Source: Ferroglobus placidus DSM 10642
GTDB taxonomy: Archaea > Halobacteriota > Archaeoglobi > Archaeoglobales > Archaeoglobaceae
Length of the DNA: 32,000 bases
Assembly (NCBI RefSeq): GCF_000025505.1
Contig: NC_013849.1
Coordinates: forward strand, 2,160,001 to 2,192,000
Direction: 5' to 3'
The notes under the pieces are model-generated. The model worked only from the letters and a program-made list of their open reading frames with translations. It was not told where the DNA came from and did not search any database. This document shows positions 24,320 to 32,000 of this stretch, in pieces. How positions within the stretch are numbered: the first letter of the stretch is position 1; each line of letters opens with the position of its first letter. The translations under genes were made by a program, and so were the position numbers.

Positions 24320-25527
24320 CACCTCTTGTTTGATAAAACCATAACGGTTCCAACCTGCATCAAATCTCCCCAAGCCTGAGCGACTCCCGTTGTGACTTCC
24401 TTCGGAACCTGCCTCTTTCCAGCTCTGTAGGCGAGCTGCCAGTAGATTTCCGCTACTTTAACTCCCATTGTCGCAGCTATCGGGTTTCCTACTCCAAGCA
24501 GTCCTCCAGATGGGCAAACAGGAAGATCACCGTCTCTTGCCGTGACTCCCTCTCTCGTTAAGATGGGTGCCTCACCCTTCTTAGCCAAGCCTAACCCTTC
24601 CATGTGGTGCAACTCCTTGTAATCGAAGGGATCGTAGGGCTCAGCCACGTCGATTTCCTTCCTCGGATCGGTTATGTGAGCCATCTTGTAAGCCATTTTC
24701 GCAGCCTCAGCCACGTACCTCGGGAAGTAGAGGTCTCTGTTCGTCCACCACGTTGTGTCCAAACTCCAGCCAACTCCTGCCACCCAAACCGGCTCGTCCG
24801 TGAGTTGTCTCGCTATGTGGGGAGCGACCATTATCAAAGCAGACGCTCCGTCGCTCGGCGGAGAAACGTCGAGTCTTCTCACCGGCAAAGCCATCGGCTC
24901 GCTGTTGAGTACGTCTTCAACGGTTATCTTGGCTGCAAGCTGTGCAGCCGGATGGTCTAAAGCGTTTGCCTTGTTCTTTACGGAAACGAGAGCTATATCT
25001 TCATGCTTTATGTTGTGGACGTGCATGTACCTCCTCATTTCCAGAGCGAATATCCAGATGAGGTTCGGTTTTAGCGGACGATCGAGAATTGGATCCCAGA
25101 TGTACTTGAAAGCCGACTGCGGATGCGGATGGGAAGAGCTCATCTTCTCTTCGGTAACAACCAAGCAAACGTCGGCAAGACCGCTTGCAACGTGCCAGTA
25201 GCCGGCGATAGGAGCGAATACTCCAGTGCCTCCTCCTACGAAAACTCTCATGTATGGCTTGTTGCTTCCTCCAGCTCCGTCGAGCAGGTATTCTCCCTTC
25301 ATGTGCACACCGTCAAAGGCATCTGGAGCTGAACCCATTACAACCATGTCTATGTCGCTGATGTCCAAGCCAGCTTCTTCCAAAGCCTGCTTTACAGCAT
25401 AGTAACTAAGCTCTTTTCCAGTCTCGTTAAGCCTCCTTCTGAATATCGTCATTCCCGCTCCAACTATCGCGACATCCTGCTTTTTGTGGTACTTCAAACC
25501 CTTAACCTTCTCAACTATCATGACCAT
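24319..25527 (-). CDS. thiolase-fold (SCP-x/Ltp-type) protein lacking the canonical catalytic Cys/His by eye
   Basis: VAIVGAGMTIF start, ...RVFVGGGTGVFAPIAGYWHVASGLADVCLVVTEEKMS (Gly where the nucleophilic Cys is expected), and CPSGGLLGVGNPIAATMG (Asn in place of the GHP His). Its ATG 25527 overlaps the upstream stop. Confidence 0.7.
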   Translation of the reverse strand: MVMIVEKVKGLKYHKKQDVAIVGAGMTIFRRRLNETGKELSYYAVKQALEEAGLDISDIDMVVMGSAPDAFDGVHMKGEYLLDGAGGSNKPYMRVFVGGGTGVFAPIAGYWHVASGLADVCLVVTEEKMSSSHPHPQSAFKYIWDPILDRPLKPNLIWIFALEMRRYMHVHNIKHEDIALVSVKNKANALDHPAAQLAAKITVEDVLNSEPMALPVRRLDVSPPSDGASALIMVAPHIARQLTDEPVWVAGVGWSLDTTWWTNRDLYFPRYVAEAAKMAYKMAHITDPRKEIDVAEPYDPFDYKELHHMEGLGLAKKGEAPILTREGVTARDGDLPVCPSGGLLGVGNPIAATMGVKVAEIYWQLAYRAGKRQVPKEVTTGVAQAWGDLMQVGTVMVLSNKR

Positions 25528-26669
25528 CACCTCGAAAATACAGCCACAGCTCCGGTAGCGGTAGGAATGTATCTCCAAGACATAGCCACGCCAACCTCAG
25601 CGTCAACCTGCCTTCTTCCAGCTTCCCCTCTCAGCTGCAAAACGACCTCCAAAGCTTTTTGCCCGCCGGTAGCTTCAAGGAGATTTCCAACGCTGAGATT
25701 TCCTCCAGAAACGTTCACCGGCAATTCTCCTTTTCTGTCGAAGTAACCGCTCTTCATCAATTCCTCCACTTCTCCCTTCTTAGCCAAACCGAGAGCTTCG
25801 ATGTGCTGAACTTCTTTGTAGGCAAACCTGTCGTCAACCTCTGCAAGCTGAATTTCTTTATCCGGCTTAGTTATTCCAGCCATCTTGTAAGCCATTTCGG
25901 CAGCCTTCTTTGCATAAGCCGCTTCAAAGCTCATCGTGTCGTAATTGCTTGTTTCGCTCCACCAGCCAATTCCGTTAATCCATATCGGATCGTCTCTAAG
26001 CTCCTTAGCAACCTGCTCGTTAGCCAAAACGAAAACAATAGCTCCGTCGCTCCTCTCAGCAATTTCGAGCTTTCTCAACGGATAGAAGGCTGCTTCGCTG
26101 CTCAAAACATCTTCGACGCTTACATTAGCTGAGTACGGAGCGTCTTTGTTCAGCCTTCCGTGCTTCTTGTTCTTTACAACAACTTCAGCGAAAAGCTCGT
26201 CGCTGTAGCCTCTTCTGCTCATGTAGTATGATTTTTCGAGGGCGGCGAAGTAGTAAGGATGAGCCTTTCCGATCGGTCTCAGCCATATCGGGTCGAACGC
26301 AAACTTAATGACTTCTCCGAAAGTCACTATGTCGCTCGCTTTGCTGTGAGCTTCTACAACAGCTATCTCAGCCAGTCCGCTCTTTATTATCATGTACGCG
26401 TTGGCGATTCCGTGGAGAAAATCGGCAGTCACGGTGAACGTTGGCTTCAGCACCGCACCAAGCTGATCTGGCACGAACTCGTCGAAAATTGCGAAGCCCT
26501 CCCAGAAGTCTTCCGCGCACGTGACGAAGCTGTCGACGTCCTTTCTTGGATTTATCCCTGCATCTTCGTAAGCTCTGACTGCAGCTTCGTACATTATCTC
26601 TTTCCAGCTTAAATCCGGCGTATTTGCGTTAAAACCGGAGTAGCCAACGCCTACGACAGCTACTCTCAT
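25527..26669 (-). CDS. thiolase-fold (SCP-x/Ltp-type) protein lacking the canonical catalytic Cys/His by eye
   Basis: MRVAVVGVGYSGF..., TFTVTADFLHGIANAYMIIKSGLAEIAVVEAHSKAS (no Cys at the nucleophile site), and NVSGGNLSVGNLLEATG (no His). Confidence 0.7.
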   Translation of the reverse strand: MRVAVVGVGYSGFNANTPDLSWKEIMYEAAVRAYEDAGINPRKDVDSFVTCAEDFWEGFAIFDEFVPDQLGAVLKPTFTVTADFLHGIANAYMIIKSGLAEIAVVEAHSKASDIVTFGEVIKFAFDPIWLRPIGKAHPYYFAALEKSYYMSRRGYSDELFAEVVVKNKKHGRLNKDAPYSANVSVEDVLSSEAAFYPLRKLEIAERSDGAIVFVLANEQVAKELRDDPIWINGIGWWSETSNYDTMSFEAAYAKKAAEMAYKMAGITKPDKEIQLAEVDDRFAYKEVQHIEALGLAKKGEVEELMKSGYFDRKGELPVNVSGGNLSVGNLLEATGGQKALEVVLQLRGEAGRRQVDAEVGVAMSWRYIPTATGAVAVFSR

Positions 26670-26812
26670 TTTGTTTCACCAGTTTCAGCTTTACTTACGC
26701 ACTATTTAAAATTTTCTTTTTTATTCATTTCAAATTTTATGAACTCCAATATAAATTTTTTTAATTATTAAACATTCCCGTAAAGCTTTTGCCTATTCGA
26801 TATCAAAAATCC

Positions 26813-26852
26813 TGACAAATTTAAGCCGGCTTCAAATAAATTTTTGACAAAG
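26813..26852. promoter_or_regulatory. candidate operator in divergent promoter region: palindrome AAGCCGGCTT flanked by TGACAAA direct repeats
   Basis: cTGACAAAtttAAGCCGGCTTcaaataaattttTGACAAAg. The 10-bp perfect palindrome lies at 26823-26832, and the TGACAAA copies start at 26813 and 26845. TATA-like elements lie on either side (TTTTAAATA on the minus-strand side near 26705; AAGCTTAAATAAAC near 26851-26864). Confidence 0.3.
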
Positions 26853-26905
26853 CTTAAATAAACTAACGCACTTCTGCTTTCTGTAAAACTTCTGGAGGGG
26901 GCAAA

Positions 26906-28465
26906 ATGTCAAGGCTTCAAGAGCATCCGATAGTTGATTTTAAGAGGGGCAAGGAAGTCACAATTTATTTCAACGGAAAGCCGATAAAAGCTTATGAGGG
27001 TGAAACTGTAGCTGCAGCGTTGTATGCTGCCGGAATTCGTGTTTTTAGCAGATCTTTCAGATTTCACAGACCTCGTGGATTCTTCTGCGCTATAGGAAAG
27101 TGTTCGGCTTGCATGATGGAAGTAGATGGAATACCAAACGTCAGAATATGCAAAGTTTACGTGAGAGACGGAATGCAGATAAGGACGCAGAACGCGTATC
27201 CTTCAGCGGAAAACGACGCTTTAGCGATTTTCGACAGGATAATAGACAGATTCTTTCCCCACGGCTCACACTACAAGAAGTTCACGAGCTCCAAAACGCT
27301 AAGGGAAATAGCGACGAAGCAAATGAGGAAAATAGCCGGAATAGGTGAGTTTCCAAAAGCTCTGCCGAAAGAAGAGGCGGACTACGAAGAGATTAATGCG
27401 GACATAGCGATAGTGGGCGGAGGTCCTGCTGGTTTATCAGCTGCAATTTACGCTGGAAGGCTCGGAGCGAAAGTTGTTCTGATGGACGAAAATCCGTACT
27501 TAGGCGGACAGCTGATAAAGCAGACACACAGATTCTTCGGTAGCGGAGAGCACTATGCCGGAACGAGAGGAATAAGGATCGCGGAAATTTTAACGAAAGA
27601 GGTAAAAGAAATTGAGAACGTGGATGTTAGGACCGAGACGAAAGTTTTCGGAATTTACGGGAAAACCGTTGCGGCTGTCGAAAAAGATAGAAAGCTCCTG
27701 AAGGTCAACGCTAAAAAGATTGTTATTGCAACCGGAGCTTATGAAAGAACCTTAATCTTTGAAAACAACGATCTTCCCGGAGTTTACGGAGCTGGAGGAG
27801 TTCAGACGTTAATGAACGTTTACGGAGTAAAGCCCGGAAATAGAGGGTTAATCGTCGGTTCTGGAAATGTAGGACTTATTCTCAGCTATCAGCTCTTGCA
27901 GGCTGGCGTTGATGTTGCAGCTATCGTCGAGGCTATGCCGTTCGTTGGAGGGTACTTCGTTCATGCTGCAAAAGTGAGGAGACTCGGAGTTCCCATTTAC
28001 ACGAGACACACGATTCTGAAGGCTCTCGGAGAAAAGAAGGTGGAAAGAGCAATAATTGTTGAGCTGGATGAAAATTGGAGACCGATCGAGGGAACGGAGA
28101 AGGAGATAGAGTGCGACTTCATCTGCGTGGCTGTAGGTTTGTCTCCAGCTCACGAATTACTTTACCAAGCCGGATGCGAAATGAAATTCGTCCCCGAGCT
28201 TGGAGGTTTGGTACCAGTTAGAAACAAGTACGGAGAAACTACTGCAGAAGGAGTTTACGTTGCCGGAGACGTGGCGGGAATCGAGGAAGCTACGGCGGCA
28301 ATGATGGAGGGTAGAATTGCCGGGCTTGATGCTGCGATAAAGCTTGGATACGGGGATGAAGAGGCGGTAAAGCTAAGAGATAAGATAGTGGGAGAACTCG
28401 AAGAGTTTAGAAGGGGACCTTTCGGTGAGAGGATTCTCAGAGGTTTGGAGAAGGTGGTGAGGTGA
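26906..28465 (+). CDS. alpha-type subunit of heteromeric proline dehydrogenase/sarcosine oxidase-like flavoenzyme (2Fe-2S domain + FAD/NAD(P) oxidoreductase)
   Basis: N-terminal Fer2_4-like region: IYFNGKPIKAYEGETVAAAL...RPRGFFCAIGKCSACMMEVDGIPNVRIC. Then DIAIVGGGPAGLSAAIYA, LIVGSGNVGL and GVYVAGDVAG. A GGAGGGGG RBS lies before the ATG. Confidence 0.7.
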   Translation: MSRLQEHPIVDFKRGKEVTIYFNGKPIKAYEGETVAAALYAAGIRVFSRSFRFHRPRGFFCAIGKCSACMMEVDGIPNVRICKVYVRDGMQIRTQNAYPSAENDALAIFDRIIDRFFPHGSHYKKFTSSKTLREIATKQMRKIAGIGEFPKALPKEEADYEEINADIAIVGGGPAGLSAAIYAGRLGAKVVLMDENPYLGGQLIKQTHRFFGSGEHYAGTRGIRIAEILTKEVKEIENVDVRTETKVFGIYGKTVAAVEKDRKLLKVNAKKIVIATGAYERTLIFENNDLPGVYGAGGVQTLMNVYGVKPGNRGLIVGSGNVGLILSYQLLQAGVDVAAIVEAMPFVGGYFVHAAKVRRLGVPIYTRHTILKALGEKKVERAIIVELDENWRPIEGTEKEIECDFICVAVGLSPAHELLYQAGCEMKFVPELGGLVPVRNKYGETTAEGVYVAGDVAGIEEATAAMMEGRIAGLDAAIKLGYGDEEAVKLRDKIVGELEEFRRGPFGERILRGLEKVVR

Positions 28466-28954
28466 ATGCAGGAGTTTTGCAAGAGGGGGTATTTGATTGA
28501 AGAAGAACTTCCAGAACCGCCAAGCGAAGAAAGGCTGAGAGATAAAAGACCCGTGGCTTACATAGAATGCCCTCAGAGAATTCCCTGCTCACCTTGTAAA
28601 GAAGCTTGCAGGTTCGATGCTGTGATAATGGAGACGATAAACGACACTCCGAAAGTGGATTACGAGAAGTGTACCGGATGCATGGCTTGCATAAGAGTTT
28701 GCCCCGGCTTAGCAATTTTCATGCTCCAAATTAAGGACGATAAGGGTTACGTTACCTTGCAGTACGAATTCCTGCCCTGGCTGAAAAAGGGAGACAGAGT
28801 GCTCGTTTTGAACAGAAAAGGGGAAGTGATAGGAGAGGGAGTAATAGCGTGGGCTTTGAATCCGGAAAGGAACGACAGAACTCAGCTCGTAACGGTTGAA
28901 GTCGATAAAGATCTGATTTTTGAGGCGAGAGCGGTTAAGAAGGTGGTAGAATGA
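28466..28954 (+). CDS. gamma-type ferredoxin-like 4Fe-4S subunit
   Basis: CPQRIPCSPCKEACRFDAV and CTGCMACIRVCPGLAI cluster motifs. It starts directly after the upstream stop. Confidence 0.6.
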   Translation: MQEFCKRGYLIEEELPEPPSEERLRDKRPVAYIECPQRIPCSPCKEACRFDAVIMETINDTPKVDYEKCTGCMACIRVCPGLAIFMLQIKDDKGYVTLQYEFLPWLKKGDRVLVLNRKGEVIGEGVIAWALNPERNDRTQLVTVEVDKDLIFEARAVKKVVE

Positions 28955-29223
28955 AGAGCAGAAAGATCGTTTGCAGGTGTGAGGATATAACCGAAGAGGA
29001 AATAATACACGCTATAGAGGAAGGATACGACGACATAGAAAGTTTGAAAAGGTACACGGGAGCCACAACCGGAGCTTGCCAGGGAAAGGGTTGCCTAATG
29101 CACATACTGAGGATTCTCAGTCAAAAAACCGGAAAGAGTCCAGAGGAGATCGGGATAACAACCCAAAGACCTCCCGTAAACCCAGTTCCCTTATACGTTT
29201 TGGCTGAGGGTGATAAAGAATGA
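28951..29223 (+). CDS. delta-type small BFD-like [2Fe-2S]-binding subunit
   Basis: CRCEDITEEEI...TGATTGACQGKGC is the BFD-like 2Fe-2S pattern. There are 4-nt overlaps with both neighbouring genes. Confidence 0.6.
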   Translation: MKSRKIVCRCEDITEEEIIHAIEEGYDDIESLKRYTGATTGACQGKGCLMHILRILSQKTGKSPEEIGITTQRPPVNPVPLYVLAEGDKE

Positions 29224-30311
29224 GGGTGGCGATAATCGGTTCCGGCATAGCCGGGATTTCTCTCGCTTACTTTCTTGCGAAAAGCGGAATTGACGTGGCT
29301 GTTTTCGAGAAAAAATATCCTCTTTACGGAGCGAGCGGAAGAAATTCGGGGGGAATAACTCTTCAGTTCGACAAACCGGAGTTCGTGGATCTCGCTAAGG
29401 AGAGCTTAAAAATTTACGACAGAGTTCAGTCGGAAGTGGGATTCAACTTCCTGTACAGGCACGACGGCTACATAAAAGTGGCGAGAAATAAAGACGATTT
29501 GGACAAGCTTGAAAAAGAGGTTAAAGTGGCGAAGTCGAGAGGAGTAAAAGCGAAAATGCTTGAAGCCGAGGAAGTAAAGGAGTTCGTTCCCGACTTCAAC
29601 CCTGATGCCATAGTTGGGGCGAGCTATTCGGAAGGGGGAGTGATCTTTCCTTGGCCGGTAATCTGGGGATTTGCCAAAGGTTGTAAAGAGATGGGAGTTG
29701 AGATCAAAAAAATGAGCGAAGTTAAGGAGATCGTCATTGAAAAAGGGTTTGTAAAGGGAGTAAAAGCTAACGGAGAGATCTACAAGGCTGATTACGTCGT
29801 CAACGCAGCGGGAGCTTGGAGCAACGAAGTCTCGTCTTTAGCTGGCGTAGGATTGGATAACAGAATAATTAAAGAGGAAATTTGCGTTAGCGAAAGCTTA
29901 AAACCTTACCTCGATCTCTACATTCTCGACGTCTCCACCGGCGTTTACCTGAGTCAGAGTGTCAGAGGAGAGATAGTGGGAGGGATTCTCGGCAGCGAGG
30001 TAGAAAAGCCGGACACTTCTTCAAGCTTCGAGTTCTTGACGAAGTACGCTAAAAAAGCGAGCGAGCTAATTCCGAAGCTTAAGAGCCTAACGATACTCAG
30101 GCAGTGGGCGGGAGTTTACGATGTCGCCAAGGACGATATGCCCGTAGTTGGATTAACCTCCGTCAGCGGCTTCATACAGTTCAACGGGCTCGGAAAATTC
30201 GGAATGTGCATCGCTCCAGCTCTGGCAAAGGAGTTGGCAATTTTGATTGTAAGGGGAGAAAACAGAAAAATAGAAAAGTTCAGTCCCCTCAGATTGAAAA
30301 TTTACCACTAA
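29220..30311 (+). CDS. beta-type FAD-dependent (DAO-family) amino-acid dehydrogenase/oxidase subunit
   Basis: MRVAIIGSGIAGISLAYFLAKSG.DVAVFEK dinucleotide fold, GASGRNSGG, and NAAGAWS. Confidence 0.7.
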   Translation: MRVAIIGSGIAGISLAYFLAKSGIDVAVFEKKYPLYGASGRNSGGITLQFDKPEFVDLAKESLKIYDRVQSEVGFNFLYRHDGYIKVARNKDDLDKLEKEVKVAKSRGVKAKMLEAEEVKEFVPDFNPDAIVGASYSEGGVIFPWPVIWGFAKGCKEMGVEIKKMSEVKEIVIEKGFVKGVKANGEIYKADYVVNAAGAWSNEVSSLAGVGLDNRIIKEEICVSESLKPYLDLYILDVSTGVYLSQSVRGEIVGGILGSEVEKPDTSSSFEFLTKYAKKASELIPKLKSLTILRQWAGVYDVAKDDMPVVGLTSVSGFIQFNGLGKFGMCIAPALAKELAILIVRGENRKIEKFSPLRLKIYH

Positions 30312-30511
30312 ATTTTTCTCTTCTTTTTGAGAACTTCCTCAAGTTTCTTTTCTATCGGCTCCTCATGAGTGTACGGGCACATCAGATAATGCTCCACAGC
30401 TTTTGCTATCGCATCCTTCGTTGCACTCTCACCGGTCTTTTTCTTCAATTCGTTAAGCACGTCCTCCGGCAGCACGGTTTGAGCATGCACGATCTTTACC
30501 ATCTCCATCAC
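30308..30511 (-). CDS. small putative ribbon-helix-helix (CopG-like) protein
   Basis: The 67-aa product has VLPEDVLNELKKKTGESATKDAIAKAVEHYL, which fits a beta-strand plus two helices. It overlaps the upstream stop. Confidence 0.35.
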   Translation of the reverse strand: MMEMVKIVHAQTVLPEDVLNELKKKTGESATKDAIAKAVEHYLMCPYTHEEPIEKKLEEVLKKKRKI

Positions 30512-31746
30512 CTATAATGATGATGAGATTGCTGGTATTTAAACTTTGTGCTGAAAGATGCAAAATCTGAATCCTTAAGAGTAAAGAGAGGTTTGCCAAA
30601 CCTTCCGATGTCGAATCCAGAAACCATGATTCTGTAAAATATACCGGCATTTGATATGTCTCCTACGATTATGTAGCCTACAAGCCTTCCATTTTTTACG
30701 TAAAACCTCCAGTAATTCCCTCTGTCCTCTACTTCTTGGTAATTATTCCCGCTCACGTCTCCGGCGACGATAAAGTGGAAACCGAGCTTTTTTAGGCTAT
30801 TGATAACGTCAGAACCTTCGTAAGGAATCTTATAACCGAGAGCGTTTAAAGCCGCTATCTTCCCTTGCCTTACAGCGTTCCAGTAGTTGGCGAAAACTCC
30901 TCTCTCACCGGTAACTCTGTTTTTTGTCTCACAAACGTCTCCACAAGCGTAGATATCCTTTTGGGAGGTCTCCATAAATTCGTTAACTACTATACCTTTT
31001 GCAGTATCAAGTTCTTCCTTACAGAAATCGACGTTCGGAATCATGCCGGTAGCTGCGACGAACACATCTCCGGGAAATTCTTCTCCGTTCTCAGTAACAA
31101 CCGCTTTACAAACTCCTGAGCTGTCAGCCGCGAACTCCGTACCAAAACTGTTGAACACGAGCTCAACTCCCTTGTCTTCAAGTACTTTCTCGACGAATTT
31201 CGACGCTTTTTTATCCAACCTCTCGGGCATTATTCTGTCGGTCGCCTCCAAAAGCGTGACGTCAATTCCGATCTCTCTGAGCGTTAAAGCTATCTCTGTT
31301 CCCTGAAAACCTCCGCCAACGACAACCGCTTTTTTACACTCACCTCTAACAATTTTAGACCGAAGCTCTCGAACTTGAGTTAGCGACTTGAAATTGTAAA
31401 CATTCGGAAGATCCAAACCCTTAAGAGGAGCGTAAAGTCTGCTTCCCGAAGCAACTATAATTTTTTCGAACTCGTAGTCTCCTATTTCGGTTGTTATCTT
31501 TTTCCTCTTGGCATCTAATTTTTCAACTTTCTCTCCAATTCTCGCATCAACGTTTAGCCTTTCAAAAACGTCTTTTCCTTTCCAGAAAATCTCGTCACCG
31601 CCGGTTTTAAGATAGGTTGTCAAGACTGCCGGGTTGTAGGGAGGACATTTCTCAGCGGAAAAAATTGTTATTGGTAGATTTGTTTTCCTTCTGAGAGTCT
31701 CCGCAGCTGATATTCCCGCTGGTCCAGCGCCTACTATAGCGATCAT
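30508..31746 (-). CDS. FAD/NAD(P)-dependent pyridine nucleotide-disulfide-family oxidoreductase
   Basis: MIAIVGAGPAGISAA, IIVASGS, AVVVGGGFQGTEIA and DIYACGDV. It overlaps the cooS stop by 4 nt. Confidence 0.75.
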   Translation of the reverse strand: MIAIVGAGPAGISAAETLRRKTNLPITIFSAEKCPPYNPAVLTTYLKTGGDEIFWKGKDVFERLNVDARIGEKVEKLDAKRKKITTEIGDYEFEKIIVASGSRLYAPLKGLDLPNVYNFKSLTQVRELRSKIVRGECKKAVVVGGGFQGTEIALTLREIGIDVTLLEATDRIMPERLDKKASKFVEKVLEDKGVELVFNSFGTEFAADSSGVCKAVVTENGEEFPGDVFVAATGMIPNVDFCKEELDTAKGIVVNEFMETSQKDIYACGDVCETKNRVTGERGVFANYWNAVRQGKIAALNALGYKIPYEGSDVINSLKKLGFHFIVAGDVSGNNYQEVEDRGNYWRFYVKNGRLVGYIIVGDISNAGIFYRIMVSGFDIGRFGKPLFTLKDSDFASFSTKFKYQQSHHHYR

Positions 31747-32000
31747 ATCCCCAGCTTTCTCCTTTTATCCTCGATGTGTTTAATTATAATTTCAGCAGCT
31801 TTTTCAGGGTCTGGCTCAACAACGAATTTCCCTCCCGTAAGCTCTTCTACTTTGCTTGTAAGAACGTCGAGAACAAGCTTGCTTCCGTAAATCGGTGGAG
31901 GGACGCCTAAAACGACTAATAAACCAGAAGCAACGAAGTAAGCTCCTATCGCAATTGCTTTCTCCGAGTACCATTCCATAGCAGCGCCTGCAGCTGGTAG
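31743..32000 (-). CDS. cooS: carbon monoxide dehydrogenase catalytic subunit, C-terminal end (5' part outside window)
   Basis: The frame stays open to the window edge (LPAAGAAMEWYSEKAIAIGAYFVASG...PPPIYGSKLV...LTGGKFVVEPDPEKAAEIIIKHIEDKRRKLGI). This matches my memory of the CooS C-terminus. Confidence 0.6.
   Translation of the reverse strand, partial: LPAAGAAMEWYSEKAIAIGAYFVASGLLVVLGVPPPIYGSKLVLDVLTSKVEELTGGKFVVEPDPEKAAEIIIKHIEDKRRKLGI

Noticed and set aside
30515-30575. ATGATGATGA ... CTGA ... CTGA strings resembling a C/D sRNA
   Set aside because: They lie inside the C-terminal coding region of the 412-aa oxidoreductase. The guide spacing is 24 nt or irregular, there is no C' box, and there is no terminal stem.
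1-32000. CRISPR arrays, rRNA genes and additional tRNAs
   Set aside because: I saw no regularly spaced direct repeats of 24-37 bp, no rRNA-like conserved blocks and no further cloverleaf candidates while reading both strands. This was a visual scan only, not tRNAscan or a CRISPR-finder.

Overview
This is a densely packed archaeal chromosomal segment. It looks Archaeoglobus-like by eye: SRP19 closely resembles the A. fulgidus protein as I remember it, and there is an AF2226-type THUMP-SPOUT fusion, a TiaS-like domain, cooS and many acyl-CoA genes. I call about 45 genes. Housekeeping content includes MgtE-like, cobD, MTA phosphorylase, a PRTase, crcB+DUF190, hisE, srp19, several RNA methyltransferases, an M24 peptidase, trxB, ferredoxin and two tRNAs. 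Three stretches stand out.

1. Accessory or decayed regions:
- A tRNA-Pro to tRNA-Thr islet (about 2.1-4.9 kb) holds a RelE-type TA pair, a frameshifted IS6-like element and two truncated genes.
- A multiply disrupted orphan hsdM (12.0-13.6 kb) lies next to a DUF6516/TumE-like two-gene cassette.

2. A 0.7-kb extremely AT-rich non-coding region (16.4-17.1 kb). It is bounded by a perfect 15-bp inverted repeat and contains a 13-bp-arm palindrome.

3. Uncharacterised operons:
- A translationally coupled pair encodes a stand-alone TiaS-kinase-domain-like protein and a radical-SAM-like protein with a C-x7-C-x2-C motif (18.6-20.6 kb). This is my best candidate for an undescribed system.
- A five-gene operon encodes two thiolase-fold proteins that appear to lack the catalytic Cys/His, two DUF35 proteins and an acyl-CoA dehydrogenase (22.1-26.7 kb). 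It is divergent from a four-subunit proline-dehydrogenase/sarcosine-oxidase-like flavoenzyme operon.

Two canonical C/D box sRNAs, absent from the ORF track, flank the ferredoxin gene. All homology statements come from reading motifs by eye and from memory of the families. No searches were run.
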